A DNA stretch of 64,000 bases from Paramecium tetraurelia (Eukaryota). The stretch is from assembly GCA_000165425.1 (NCBI GenBank), contig CT868652.1:186001-250000 (forward strand). The letters are read 5' to 3'. How positions within the stretch are numbered: position 1 is the first letter of the stretch; each line of letters starts with the position of its first letter. This document shows, one piece after another, positions 1 through 13,268 of this stretch. A program made the translations under genes and the position numbers. Under the pieces are notes generated by a model that made no database searches, was not told the DNA's origin, and saw nothing but the letters and a program-made list of their open reading frames with translations.

Positions 1-881
1 ATTTAAAGCATAAAGTCGAATAAGGACAATAATATGCAAAAAAACTTGAAAAGAGATATGAGAGACTGTAAAATGAGAAAAATTAATTGGAATCTAACTA
101 CATAGATTATAAGGAGAGATGCCCTGCGTTTAAATTGCAAGAATATGAAAAATAAATTTAGATGTATAGAAGTTAATTGGAAGAAAAAGAAAGGATATTT
201 TTAAAAATGATGGAAGAAATATAGGATTAATGTTAAACAAAGGAAGATCAATTGACCAGAAGAATCTAAGAATTATTAAAAAAGAGTAATGAACAATAAT
301 CTACAATAAATAAATTGACTACTGAATTAAAGGATTTAAATTTAAAGCATCAGTAATTGTAATTAAGATTGGAATATGAAGAAAAAAATAATAAATTTAA
401 TCGTTAAAGGATGAAAAACGCATCCTCGTTTGAAGATTAAGATGTAGACATACCAAACAATATTCCAAGTTAATATTATATAAATTATCAGATTAAGAAA
501 GGCGCAAAGTTAAATGGAGAACAATTCTAAAACTAATTCTCTAGTCCTCTATTTGAATAAAGTTTAGTCAAATCTAACAATGTACTAAAACAAGCAATAA
601 AGGATTGCTTAGAAGATATGAAATAAACAAGTTTATTAAGGCCTGAATCGCATTTATATGGGGACTAAAGCTTATAATAATAATTTTCAAAAAACAAAAG
701 AATATCACCTCCAATCTCGTCAAGAAATAATGAAATTGATAATTAGCTGAAATAATTGAATAATCGATATGAATAGTTATTAAGATAGGCTTAGAGAGAA
801 TCAGATTTTAAGCTAAAAGCCTAAATTCGAAAAGAATTATTGGATATTGCCGAACAAATAAAAGAGTTAAATAGAAAATGA
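1..881 (+). CDS. 3' part of a coiled-coil protein of unknown function (5' end outside window)
   Basis: Open with TAA/TAG=Gln, E/K/Q-rich; ends ...QLNNRYEQLLRQAQRESDFKLKAQIRKELLDIAEQIKELNRK-TGA(879-881). Confidence 0.75.
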
Positions 882-914
882 TGAAATAATTAAGCTATTC
901 ACTATTGATATAAA

Positions 915-2945
915 TCACATTGATAATAATTTTTACTTGTGCATCTCAGAGTTGAGAGAATGATAATTCATAATTTCTTCATTTGGGAACTTCTTTCTGC
1001 AGATTGGGCAAATATATAAAATCAATCTAGTTTGAGCCTCAACTTGGTTTATGATGGGTTTAGAAGGAGTAACCTTGACCTCTGGCTTTTTTGTTTATTA
1101 TAATTTTTCCCATTTCTTTAATTCTAACTCAGCCTTTTTTCTTATTTACGCCTCAGTTAATTGAGGCTGTGCTTTATTGATAACTTTGGGAGGGAGAGGA
1201 GAAGGCTATTCATCTTCTTTATCTGATTTGACCTCTTCGTCTACTTCTTCTACTTTTTATTACTTTTTTTATTGGGATTATTATTAACTTGGCTATTACT
1301 ATTATTAAGGTTTAGGGGCATGAATCTTAGGTGGAAGTTGTGTCATTAGATTCATTGGGGGGGTTGATAATGTAAGTTTTTACTCTTGTTTCAATATAAT
1401 CCTCTCTTGAGCAAGTTAAGCAGCTTGGTATGGGGCTTAAACTATTGGTTAGACAATTGAAACTTCTGGCATTTATATTGGTAATTAAGGAATAGGTTGG
1501 GTTTAAGGTGATTGATTATGTTATATAGGTGGAATTTAAGGGATTTAATGCATCGGCATAGGAGAAGGTATTGGTATTTGCATAGATATTGGCATTTAAA
1601 TTGGCAGGGGAATCTACATCTGAGTTGATTGTTGTTGTTGGATAATATCTTAGGGTTATTATGGTTGTTGTTATGTATTGACTTAAGATGAAATTGATGA
1701 GGGAATCTATGGTTGTAAAGGTCCTTATGGCTGCATCACAAATTAGTTATTTGGATAGAATCTAAATTTAGTCTTATAGTATACCCAAATGGTTTAGAAT
1801 GGTCTTCATATCGTGATGCTCTGTTGTTTCTGGAATATTAGATTATTAGTTAATCGCCATGAAGTCTGACTTCGTTTTAAGTAACATATCTATAAACATT
1901 CTCTGCGTCTTCAACACTAAAGAATTCTACAAAAGCAAAATCCTTTTATTCTTTCATTCTTGGATCCTTAGGTACTTTGTTTTTGACGAGTCTTATATCC
2001 TTAACAGCAGCAAGGGGAGCAAAGATATCTAATATATCACTGTCAGTGGCATCAGCTATGGACTTGATTTCAATAAGGAAAGAATTACTTTTGCTTTAAT
2101 CATCAAACTAGTATTGCATATGGAATCATCAGTAAATCCAGTAGGAGGAGCCATCATGACACTCAATATCTTACAATTGATATTTCTTGGATTTAAACAT
2201 TTATTGCATTTGTGTCTTTTTGCAAAATTTTCATATCCACATTTATCACATATCCAATCATAACTTGTAGGAGGCTAATTAATTAAACTATTTTTTAATT
2301 CATGTCTATTCTAATTATTATTATTATATTCATTACTCTTCTCTGTCTACCACTAGTATCATCATAAAAATCTACATTAAGAGTATGTTCACCTATTTAT
2401 ATTTTACCTTTTAAATATATTAACACTTTTCTTGCATAATCAACAGTGCAATATTTTATGTATGCTTACCCAAATGCATTTATTATAGAAATTTCTTCAT
2501 GAGGAATGACATTGGCTTCCATTGCAGCCTCATTAAATGCACTATCCAATTATTATTTTGTTAAGTCTTCTGGTAAATTCTCCAACAATAATACCATGTT
2601 ATCGTGATTTTTGGGTCTATATCTGGGTATTTTTTCAGAACTTGATGATGATTCTGATTAGGAAACAGAAACAGAAACTGAAGATGATGGTCTTGAAGCA
2701 CTAGATGACGAATATTTCCTATTTTTTCTCTTTTGATGACGATCCTTTCTCTTTCTATCGTTTTTGTTATCATATCTATCATTTCTATCATTATTTCTTT
2801 CATTATTCCTTTCGTTGTTTCTTTCATTATTTCTATCATTGTTTCGATCATTATTTCTCTCATTATGCTTTTCATTTCGATCATAATTAGATTTTTCATT
2901 CCCATACTTATTATTTCTCTCATTGTTTTTATGATGAAAATCCAT
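915..2945 (-). CDS. RBM5/RBM10-like RNA-binding splicing factor (low-complexity N-term, RRM, RanBP2 zinc finger, RRM, P/Q-rich region, C2H2 finger)
   Basis: ATG 2945 MDFHHKNNER..; RanBP2 finger DWICDKCGYENFAKRHKCNKCLNPR; RNP1 KGFAFVEF; C-terminal LYICPICRKKFPNEEIMNYHSLNSEMHK; TGA at 915-917. Confidence 0.8.
2770..2885 (-). repeat. Imperfect 12-bp coding tandem repeat encoding (NNER/NNDR)n in the RBM5-like N-terminus
   Basis: HNERNNDRNNDRNNERNNERNNERNNDRNDR in the ORF track, frame 2658..2945. Confidence 0.85.
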
Positions 2946-3275
2946 TTGTAATTTAAAATAATATCAAATAATAAATACAAATTTTCACTTATAATTATTT
3001 AAAATGTTTTAAATTCATTATATGATTGCGCAAATAGTAAAACTAGAATTTAATTAGTTTGTAATTGATGTAAAGAAAGGAAGTTAAAAACAAAAATAAT
3101 AAATTCTTATTCCCTTAAATTCAATGTTGTAAGGCTTTGTAGTTGCAGTAGTTTTATATGAGTTAACAATGCTTATCTGTTTTAGTTTGAATTTTAAGGA
3201 CTTTGCGATTTTAATGATAAATTTATTTTCATTTGTAGTTATAAAGCATCCGTTTTATATAATTTTATATTGAAA

Positions 3276-4504
3276 ATGAAAAAGGAAATTTTGATAGTAA
3301 TGACTTTATTCATGTGTATTAATGGAATTTAACAGAGTAATGGAATACTAGATCTCTAAAATTTAAAAGCGCATTAACTATTTACAAAAGTAAACAAAAA
3401 TGTTACATAATAAGAATGTGTAATTTGATTCAGAATTTGATGAAGTTCCAAAAGTGGTAGTATCAATCAAATAAATCATTGGGGAGCAATATGAACTTTA
3501 CACTAGAACTAGCAATATCAATTTAAAAGGTATACATACAATGTTTTACTTAGACAAGGATTTGATTTATAGATAATCAGCTCATCAAATATAGATAACA
3601 TAAAAATCAATTACCTAGCAATCAATGACGACTCTTTGAGCATTGTTTGTGAGAATTACCAAACAAAAAAGGACTAAATAATAGTTCCTTTAAATCTAGA
3701 GCACTCTAAGGTTGCTGCATTTGTTACAGGATTGAAATTGTAAAAAAATGAAAATGTTAACTTCAAATTGAGTTCTATAACTAACTCATAAGTTGTTTTT
3801 GAAACCAAATAAAAAGCGATGGGTCTTTGTTTAGTTATTGGTGATGAAGATAAAATTGCTGTAACTAAGCAATAAATAACTACTACTTTGAAGGATAATA
3901 AACTTGAGTTTAATGTTGAGAATATTGAAGATTCAATAAAATTGTAACTATTAATCTATATTATGAATAGACCTTTGGAAAATTAAATATTATCATTTGA
4001 CGATATCGTGAATAAACTTTCAGTTGAGACTAAGGAAGAAGAATAGTAAAGTTAATTATCAACTGAAGAAGAATAATACCTTGATATTGATAGTATCTAA
4101 ATAGAAACCTTAGGAATAAACATTATATAGTAAAACAATGAAGAGGATGTTATTTAATCAGTTGACATTGAATATTTAGAGCCTTTAAAGTTAGTTCCAG
4201 ATGATAAATTATTAAAAATAGAAGAAAAACACATTGAAACAGTTGAAGATAAGATCAGCGAAATAGTAGAAGAATAAATGCAATTAGAATAAATTGAAGA
4301 AAAGAAGTTTTTAGCTTAAATGAGTTAAGTTAATGTTGAGAGTGTTCAAAACATAGAGGACCCAATTTAATAAGAAATTGCTATATAAGAAATATATCAG
4401 GTTGTACCTTAAAATGTAGATGAACTTGATATGGATGCATTATATAAAGAATTCACATTGGGTTAAGAACTTAATGATGATTTGATTGCATATAACAACC
4501 AACT

Positions 4505-4568
<64 letters not shown>

Positions 4569-5659
4569 TAATAATAATAATAATAAAAATAACCCTAATA
4601 ATAATAAAATACTCTACAAGTAATTNNNNNNNNNNNNNNNNNNNNNNNNNNNNNNNNNNNNNNNNNNNNNNNNNNNNNNNNNNNNNNNNNNNNNNNNNNN
4701 NNNNNNNNNNNNNNNNNNNNNACATAAAATTAAATTCCGTTATAAAATCAATTATAAATGGATGTTCCATTGTTTGAGGAAGATTTATCATTTTGATGAT
4801 ATCGATTTAGAATTAGGTTAAAAAAAGGATGAAAAAATATAAAAGGCATTTTTTGCTTAACATATAAATCGATATTTATAATGCATTTGCTAATGAAGAA
4901 ACAGAAAAATTAAATTAAAAAGAAAATGAAGACCATCCATTTGTTGAAGTTGAAACAGAAACTCAACCAGAAGAAATGCCTGATGAACTTGATAATTAAT
5001 TATCTGGACTTAGAGAAGGGCTAGAAGGAATTGATTTTTCTTTATTTTTTGATGAGTATGCTAAACCTAATGAACTGGTTGTAAATCCAGAACCAGAATA
5101 ATAATTGGATTAAGAACTGATTTAAAATAAAAAACCTTAATAGAAATATGAAGAACCAAAAGAATTTAAATAGCCTAAAGAGAAAATAGAAGATGTAATG
5201 AAAGACCTTTAAATAACCAATGATATCACTTCATCAGAAGATGAGAAAATATTAATAAGCTAACTCAAATAGAAATCAGCAGAGTTAAAATAGAAATTAT
5301 AAGATTAATATGAGATTGTTCCCAAATTGGAATAAGCCAAAAAATAAACTGAAGTGTCAATACATCCTATCGATGAATAATGTATAATTCTATATTAATT
5401 TTTAGATCCAAAAATTGAATCTGATTCTAAAATAGATTATGAAGTAGAAAGTAAATATATGGAATGGTCAATGAGTTAAGATTAAAAAATAAAAAAAATA
5501 GGATTAGATTTGACAGAAGATGACCTTAGGAATCCAAGATTCTCATTGTTATAAATGGATTAAAAGTCAGAGCTAGATATTTAGAAATAAATTAATGATT
5601 TCTTGGGATTAGATGACATATCATTTGTAATGATAAAGCAAAATCTAAGAAGAAGATGA
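3276..5659 (+). CDS. Secreted protein: signal peptide, H-type lectin-like domain, acidic/polyQ region; spans an assembly gap and has frame defects beside it
   Basis: MKKEILIVMTLFMCING signal; VQFDSEFDEVPKVVVSIKQI..TSNINLK/GFDLQII..IKINYLAI resembles H-type lectin; intron ~3530-3558; ends ..KQNLRRR-TGA. That both gap flanks form one gene is inferred. Confidence 0.6.
4506..4586 (+). repeat. (TAA)n microsatellite = in-frame polyglutamine under the ciliate code
   Basis: 20 TAA codons (4506-4565), one TGA (4566-4568), then 6 more TAA, in frame with the upstream ..LIAYNNQL. Confidence 0.9.
4626..4721. other. Assembly gap (96 N)
   Basis: Run of N. Confidence 1.
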
Positions 5660-5825
5660 CATATATTAAAATAATACATTTAATTATTTATGAAAAGATT
5701 AACAGTAGCATATTCTAAATTATATAAAATAATTATGCAAATATAACATATTCTATCTTATAGAGTTACATATTTAAAATTCAATAATAAATATCTGGGT
5801 AAATGATTAAATTAAATACAATAAA

Positions 5826-8800
5826 TCATTTCCCTGAAGAATTTGAGTAATTGAAGAATTTAGCTTTTGGAGTATCATTGCTAGAATTCCAAAACTTAGG
5901 ACTCCTTTCCACGGCATAGTATTTCTATTTTGTTTATAATAATTCTTTTTCCATTGACTAATATTTCAAACTTTTTGTCGGTTGAGCTTAAATCAAATTC
6001 TAAATTTCTTGTTTACAATCCTTAAAAATTAAAATGAAATATTTACAATGACTTCTTATAATAATAATTGAACTGATTAGATTATCTTGTCTCCATCTCC
6101 TAATCTATTTGATCTATTTTTTATCCAACCCCAAAATCTAGTATAACTTGCACATTTGACTATTTAGTCGTTAATTTTCTAATAAAAGTTTTTGGCTATA
6201 ATAGAGGTATTTATATAAAATTACTGTGTCATAAATTAATTTTGAATGAGCATCTATGGCCGTAATAGGATTTAAACGATCCATCTGAAGGTCTATATCT
6301 ATGTGGATGAGGATGGTGTTTCCCTCATTGACATATCCTAAAACGGTTTCAGAATATTTTGATCCTGGAGATGTGTTGACTTCCTACAAGATCCTCTCTT
6401 CGATTTCAATACTTCATCTTATAAAATTTAAACTTTTGAACAAAGCCCTTATTCTTTTTGGTTTGCTTATCCTATTAATTCTCATACTCCCTTTCAGCCT
6501 TCAATAACATTTAGAATTACCAATATAGTATTGTGTTCCTATTCAAGTCTTGAATATTGATCCTTAATTTGTTTTATTTCATCTTCCTATTGTGAACAAA
6601 ATTGATTGGCCTTTTCATGCACTTCCTTTAATGTTTACTCACTTTATAATAATGCTTGCTCTAATTATTCAATAATCTTCTATTATTATAATTAAATACT
6701 TTCATTTTCTATTCTAAACTCTATTTTAGCTTTCTGTTTTCTTTGGCCAATTAATCTTATGAATTAAATGAAGCATTAAGCATAGAAGCACTATTAGAAT
6801 TCTAAAATCCATATTCTTTCTAAGGTGTTTTCTGCTGAAAAATTCTTTTCTGAGTTTTACTATCTGAACTGCCATAAAGAGTTTATCCCTTTAATTATTT
6901 AATATATAAATACTTTGACTCCTTTTATTGGAGAGAGTGTGTTGTCAATTTTACTTAATAATTCTGATGCTTCATAAACTTTTTATTTTATGCTATGTTT
7001 TTTCTCGAAGTCTAATTGCTGCTATTACTTTTTAGCTTATTATTTGTAATCTTCAACTTACTTTATTTAAAATTCTAATTCTCTTCTTAGTCTTTCAACT
7101 TCTCGCTTATAAGATTCACTTTAGGTGTCATTTATTTATAATTGTTGTTTTAATGAAAAAAGTTCTTTTGATAGATTTGTCAATTAGTTTGATTATAAGA
7201 GTATTTGGTTAGTTTGATTTAATTTATTTTATTCAACTTAATTAATTAATGAATTTTGAGCCTCTAATTACTGAGTTTTATATTTAACTTAATCTGACAA
7301 TTTGTAAATAGTTTCATCCTTCTTTAGGATTTCCTCCTTATCCTAATTAATATCTTATTGCATTTCATCTAGTTAATTATTTAATTATTAATTTTCTAAT
7401 ACTAATTTTTCATAATTCTATTTTAATTGCAAATTCTATTCTCTCTACTCTTATTCGGATTTCTTTATTTCCATTTAAATCTTTCTGCTTTATTCTAACT
7501 CTTCTTAAATTGCATGCATTTCCTCATTGAATTTTGACATTTCATTTTATTATTACTATGCTAACACCTTATTCTTTTGTTTAATTTCCTATATTTCCTT
7601 TTTTGAATGTTATAAATCGTCTTGAAATGTATGCAATTGAGCTTATGACTACTGATATTTTTACAGGGCTTCTGATTAGCATTTTTGCAATTCATTTACT
7701 TTACCTTATAAAATTTACTTTTATAGTTTAATTTCTTCTAATTCTAATATTTTATTTTCTTATTATGAAATCTAGTCTATTAATTTAGTCTTCTCTATTT
7801 TGGCTTAATCTATCTCTTTTTTAATTAATGATATTTATTATTAATAATTATCCAATAATTTATTTAATTTTTGATTCTCTAATTTAATTTGATCATTTTC
7901 GTTCTTCTAACTTTAATATTATTAAGAAATTTATTAGGATAAGGATGCTTCCTTATTTAATTTATCCACTTCTTTCTTATAATGAATAACCCATATTTTT
8001 TGTTCTTCAACTCCTTGATTACTGGATAGTAATTACTATTGCAAATCCTTAATTTAATTTGTCAACTAATTAGTTGCAATTTCCTTTTCTTTTTATGAGG
8101 TTTGTAATTTTTATTCCAATTGGCTAATACACTATTCCTTCTCATCGAGCTCCTCTAAATAATTTTGATTTTCCTATTCTAAGTCTTTTATTTTTTTTTC
8201 AGTAGTTTATATTTATTTAGTATTCTGTTAATTCTATTACTTAATAACAGTGTCCTCAGACTCTAATCTCATTTATAAATTATCAACTTCGCTTTATTTA
8301 GATTATAATATTTCATTTAGAGATTTAACCTTTTCATCAAGAATTTAAGCTGATGTGTTCTCTTTTATTTACAAATCATTAATTATTTATTTCTATTTTT
8401 CTAATTGATGATTTAATTAATCTATAGCTCCTTTCAATTCAGAATTACAATTAGAATACTTATCTATTACCTTCGATGCCTCTTCTAATCTATTACTATG
8501 ATCATCAAGATCCTCTTGTAATTTTATTATTTCATTATCTTTTTGCTTGATTATATCGAAAAGTAGATTTTATTGATTCATGAAATCTTCATTTTGAATT
8601 TTCAACTCATAATCTTTCTGTTCTACATCTGCTTTCAATTGATCAATTGTTTAATCTTTTTCTGGAATAGCCTTACTTCTCAACTCAAAGCAATTATCTT
8701 CAGATTCTTTCTGCTTTTCATTAACTTAAGATAATTATTCTTGATATTCCTCTTCTTTCATTATCAACTCTTAAACTGCCTAATTCAACTCCTCCTTCTT

Positions 8801-11800
8801 AATCAAAAGCTCTTATTCTAGTTATTTAATAATCCCCCTATTTTCTTCTAATATTTTTTCATAATGCAATTTGAGCTCTTGAATTTCTGCTTCTTTCTAT
8901 TGAATTCTTCTCTCATAATCATTCTTTTATTATTCTAATTACTTTTCCTTCTACTCCAATGCTCTCTTTTATTATTCTTCAAGTTCTTAAAATGAAGCCT
9001 ATTTATCTTCAAGTTAATATTCATATTCATTTCTTTGCTAATCTATCTCATATTCCAGTTTATCTTGGTTTTCTTTAAGAAGCTAAAGATAACATGAATT
9101 TTACCTCATATTCTTTATTTCTATTTTCTAGCAACAATTTTGTTTAACTTAATTGTGTGTTCAATTATGAAATCTAGTTTTATAATTGATTAATCTAAGT
9201 TTATATCTCTATCTCTTATTGATTAACAAATTAATCTAGCTATCTTTTATTCTCATTCTTCAATTGTTAAATCTCAACTTGATGCTAATTTACAGCAGTT
9301 TATAATTAACTCTCGTAATCTTTTTAAACATTAATTTATTCTATTTTAGATTGATTAGTGAAACTTTGAATTTCCTTTTAATACTATTGCTCCTATTACT
9401 CTTATTATTTAATTAATGATTATATTTAATTCAATAGATCATCAATTTACTTTTTATTTTCTAATTCTATGTCTTATTTTTCTCTGGTCAATAAAAGGGT
9501 TTATTCTTTGAGTTCACTATTTTCAGTTAAACTAGAATGAATTTAATTTATTAAATTGTTTTACTCTTGCATTGACTTTTGTAATTAAATGAGTAGTGCT
9601 TCATTTTATTACTTTTATTCTGATAATGAATTATTTAATTCTTCTAAATTTTGATTACTTTGTATTTATTAAGTTTCTTTTTCATTTTACAAAAGAATTA
9701 TTTATTACTTTAATCTCTCATTCTCAGCTTAGTATTAATTGACAGTATTACTCAATGAGTCTGATTATTACTTTGCCTGCTCTAATTAGATTTATTAGGA
9801 TTGAAGTTATTAATTCAATTATTGAACTTCTTATTTGCTATCTTGTATTTATTCATTTAATTAATGAGCTTCTTAAATACATTTCTCATTTTATTCTATA
9901 ATTTATTGGATCTCTTATCCTTTTTATATTAATTATTAATTTAATTATTCAACAGCTCTGCTCTTCAATTCCAATTATTCATTTTATTAATCTAAAGTTA
10001 AATCTCTTTATTTGTGATCAATGACTTTAATTTCATCTTCAACATCTATTGTAATGCCTATTTTATCAAGAGATTATTTAATTTTTTCTTCTTTTTCAAC
10101 TTATTTAGCTAATCGTTCATTAAGTACTTCTTGTTCACTTTTCAATTAAGTAAATTCTTCTACTGGTACATAAATTTAAGAGAGTTATACTTGAATTTAA
10201 TTTTGTAATTTCTTTCTTTCATCTAATGATCCCTTACATAATATATAAAATCAAATACATTAACAGTTGATACAATAGTATTGAGCAATTACACGTTTTC
10301 AGTAATTTACAATTTAGCTTTTTCTACATTTTTGGCAGATCCCTCTTTGATTCTCAGACTGTCAGAGAACTTTTTCATCACTGCAGCCTGACTCAAAAGA
10401 GCTTTGGAGAGTTCTTCTTGATAATCGTTTGATAAATCTTCAGCTCCATTGGCATGTTTCAATCTAACGATTTATTCATTTTATAATCTAATGATCAATT
10501 TTAATTGTTATTCCAATTGAGAACTTAATTAAAAAGCTTCCCTTAATTCTTTAATTCCGCTTAAGTACTTTTCTATTTCTAAATGCAGGGCAGTCTCACT
10601 CTCAGTAGATTGTTCAAGATATACTTTGAGTATTTCCTCGAGTTTAATGTATCTTTAATCATTAGCATTAATATCTTAAAAATTGATATTATGCATGGCT
10701 AATTTATGATGAGGATTTTACCTAAATTTTATTTGGTCGGAGATTCTGCTGATTTGGATGTAGTTTAGAGACCTACAATCCATTTGGCTAATTCTTATTT
10801 TAATCTTTTGATTTCATTTTTGAGACTTTCCAAGGATCCACTTTCATCTTCATTAACTCTAGCCTTATTTTTGACTTATTTGACTCTTTTAGAAAATAGG
10901 AGTGTAGAGAGTGTTTCCTAATAAAATAAATTGGATTATTGTATATTTGCAATGAGATGAGTTCTGGAATTACCTCCAAGAGAGTCTTTGAGTAAGAACG
11001 TGAGTTTTGAGTCACGATAATGAACATATCTATTTTATTCTTTGTCTTCCACTAAGGAATTGATAACGTTGCCGAGAATGTGGAGACTCCTATTAATTTA
11101 GCAACCTTCTCGAAGTCTTTCACCTTAAACTTAGGTATGCTTCTATCGTTCACTACCAGCCAGATCCACAAAATGGAATCTAGAAAATCTGTGATTGATA
11201 AGTTAATGACTTTGTCTTCTGGATTCCAATTAGATAGTGAAAACACTATGCGAACGGGAAGATTCGAAATTCATTTAGGTTGATGAGATATGTCTATTTT
11301 CATTGCCACGTTGAACCACTTCCATGGCTTCCACAACATTGGAACAACATTCTTCAGTCAGAAATTCAACGTATACTCCTTTGTTTAGATCTTCTCGCAG
11401 TTGCAAGTTACCCAAATCAGGATTAAGAAGATCGATAATGTGTTCATTATAAATTTCGAGATGTGAGCACTTGATTAAGTATTCGACCGAAGGATCTTTT
11501 TCTTAGTCATCAAAGACGCATCGAAAGAGATAATCTATTATACGTGGTAGTAGTCCTGGCTACAGCGATGTCCCAGTCATAGTGTATGTTTTACCTGACC
11601 CTGTCTAACCATATACAAATACACATCCGTTGTAGCCTAAAATTACAGTTAATCATACCTTCTAAACAATTGCTGGCTTATTGTTCTCCAATCATCGAAA
11701 AGATATCTTCCTATGTGGTATCTGGTCCAGCAACATTATCAAAAGAGAAGAATTTCTACTCTTACTGATTCTATCCTTCTATGACGATGGTATTCTACAG

Positions 11801-11927
11801 GTTTGGGTCAATTCGAATGCACGTCTTTCCTTCATCAAACATGGGTCTAGTTACATGTCTTTTTAATGTACTTTATTCTTATTGAAACTTGTATGTTATC
11901 TCGCTCTTGTTGTTTTCTTTCTGCCAT
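5826..11927 (-). CDS. Kinesin motor (kinesin-12/KIF15-like) with very long coiled-coil tail, ~2000 aa
   Basis: ATG 11927 [20 protein letters not shown]-loop [47 protein letters not shown], neck [13 protein letters not shown] heptad tail; TGA 5826-5828. Continuity of the whole tail was not checked codon by codon. Confidence 0.8.
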
Positions 11928-12329
11928 TTTAATTAAAATAAATGCAATATTATGTCAAACATTTTATTCGCATACCTTTCTCTCATTATTCTCAATTGAC
12001 TCCTTATATTGCCTCCTCTCTCTCCCACTAACTTAATTCCTCTCAGCTACTTCATTTCGATTGAAGACAGGGAACAATTTAAACTATTTCCCTGTTAAAA
12101 CCTGGATTAATCTCATATAAAAAAGTTTATTCTGATTGACCAAAATTATTATCATTCAATCTTTATAATTAATTTATTAAAATGACTCCAATTCAATTAG
12201 AATTGAAATTTTAATTCTATTCAGGTTTTTGTTTGTCAATAATGCTTTACTTTTAATACAACATTGAGATTTCTTTCTTTCTCAATTAATATATTAATTA
12301 AAGCATAAGAAAAAAAGGATAAATTGATC

Positions 12330-13203
12330 CATTATTAAAATTAAATATTATTAGCAAAAGTAAATTATAATTAAAACTCTAAAAGATTTTCAGAATCCCT
12401 TTAAGAAATAGTTAGAACAAACACAATTCAACTAAATAGAATCAATCCATTTTGGAAGATCCACATTATACTTTTAATAGCATAATCCACTTGAACAAAT
12501 AGAAATGCATAGATCTACTATTTAGATAAGTGAATAGCCATTACATTATAAATCAATCTATATGGTTTTTTCAAAAAGGTTTAAAAAGATTAACATCCTG
12601 AAATCAATATAAACTAATACTTTAAAATTTGACAATCATCTTCTAATCCTAATCTTAGATTTCCAGCAATTTTGTAGGGTTTGTGTTTTGAACATCATAG
12701 AATTGGTTATAAATGGAAAATCATTCAATATCTAATCTTTATCATTGTTATTGTAATTTCTTAGAGAATAATACATATTCATTCTAGACACTCAAGATAC
12801 TTAACAAATTTAATAGGATTAGATCTATAGTAAATTATATGAATCATTTAGTTTAAACTTTAGTAATCCTTATAAAGAATATCAGTAAATCATTGTAAAG
12901 TGGAAAAAATTAGAGTACAGTTAATATCAACAGATTTGAATCAATCAAAATTGTTAAAAAGCTAAATCTGTAACTTTGAATGATTGTTCTACTCTCTTGA
13001 GTATTTAGGATTCATCTAAAATTCTTAAATTCTAGAATAAAATTAATACAAACTAATCACAAATCTATGACGTCAAGGTTCTCAAGTCTTTGAAACTCAA
13101 AGTTGATGACAAGTTTCAATTGAGTTTCATGGATAATAATATTATTGAAACAATAAAGAATAGTCATATCTATTTGAACAAGTAGAAGGGTTGGAGAGGG
13201 TGA
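12330..13203 (+). CDS. Hypothetical protein or pseudogene; start unresolved; one in-frame TGA at 12937
   Basis: Frame 1 open for about 200 codons before and 88 codons after TGA 12937-12939, ending ..KQKGWRG-TGA; no recognisable domain. Confidence 0.4.
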
Positions 13204-13268
13204 AAGGAATAATCTGAATGAAGATTTTATGCTTCAGAATAATAAAATATATTACTTATTATTTATTT

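Noticed and set aside
2561..2980. Standard-code ORFs on several frames (Met/Ile-rich 139 aa, hydrophobic 72 aa)
   Set aside because: Alternative-frame and antisense shadows of the 12-bp NNER/NNDR repeat in the RBM5-like gene
4471..4791. Poly-Ile ORFs in the ORF track
   Set aside because: Artefacts of the (TAA)n repeat and the N gap; the coding frame is polyQ
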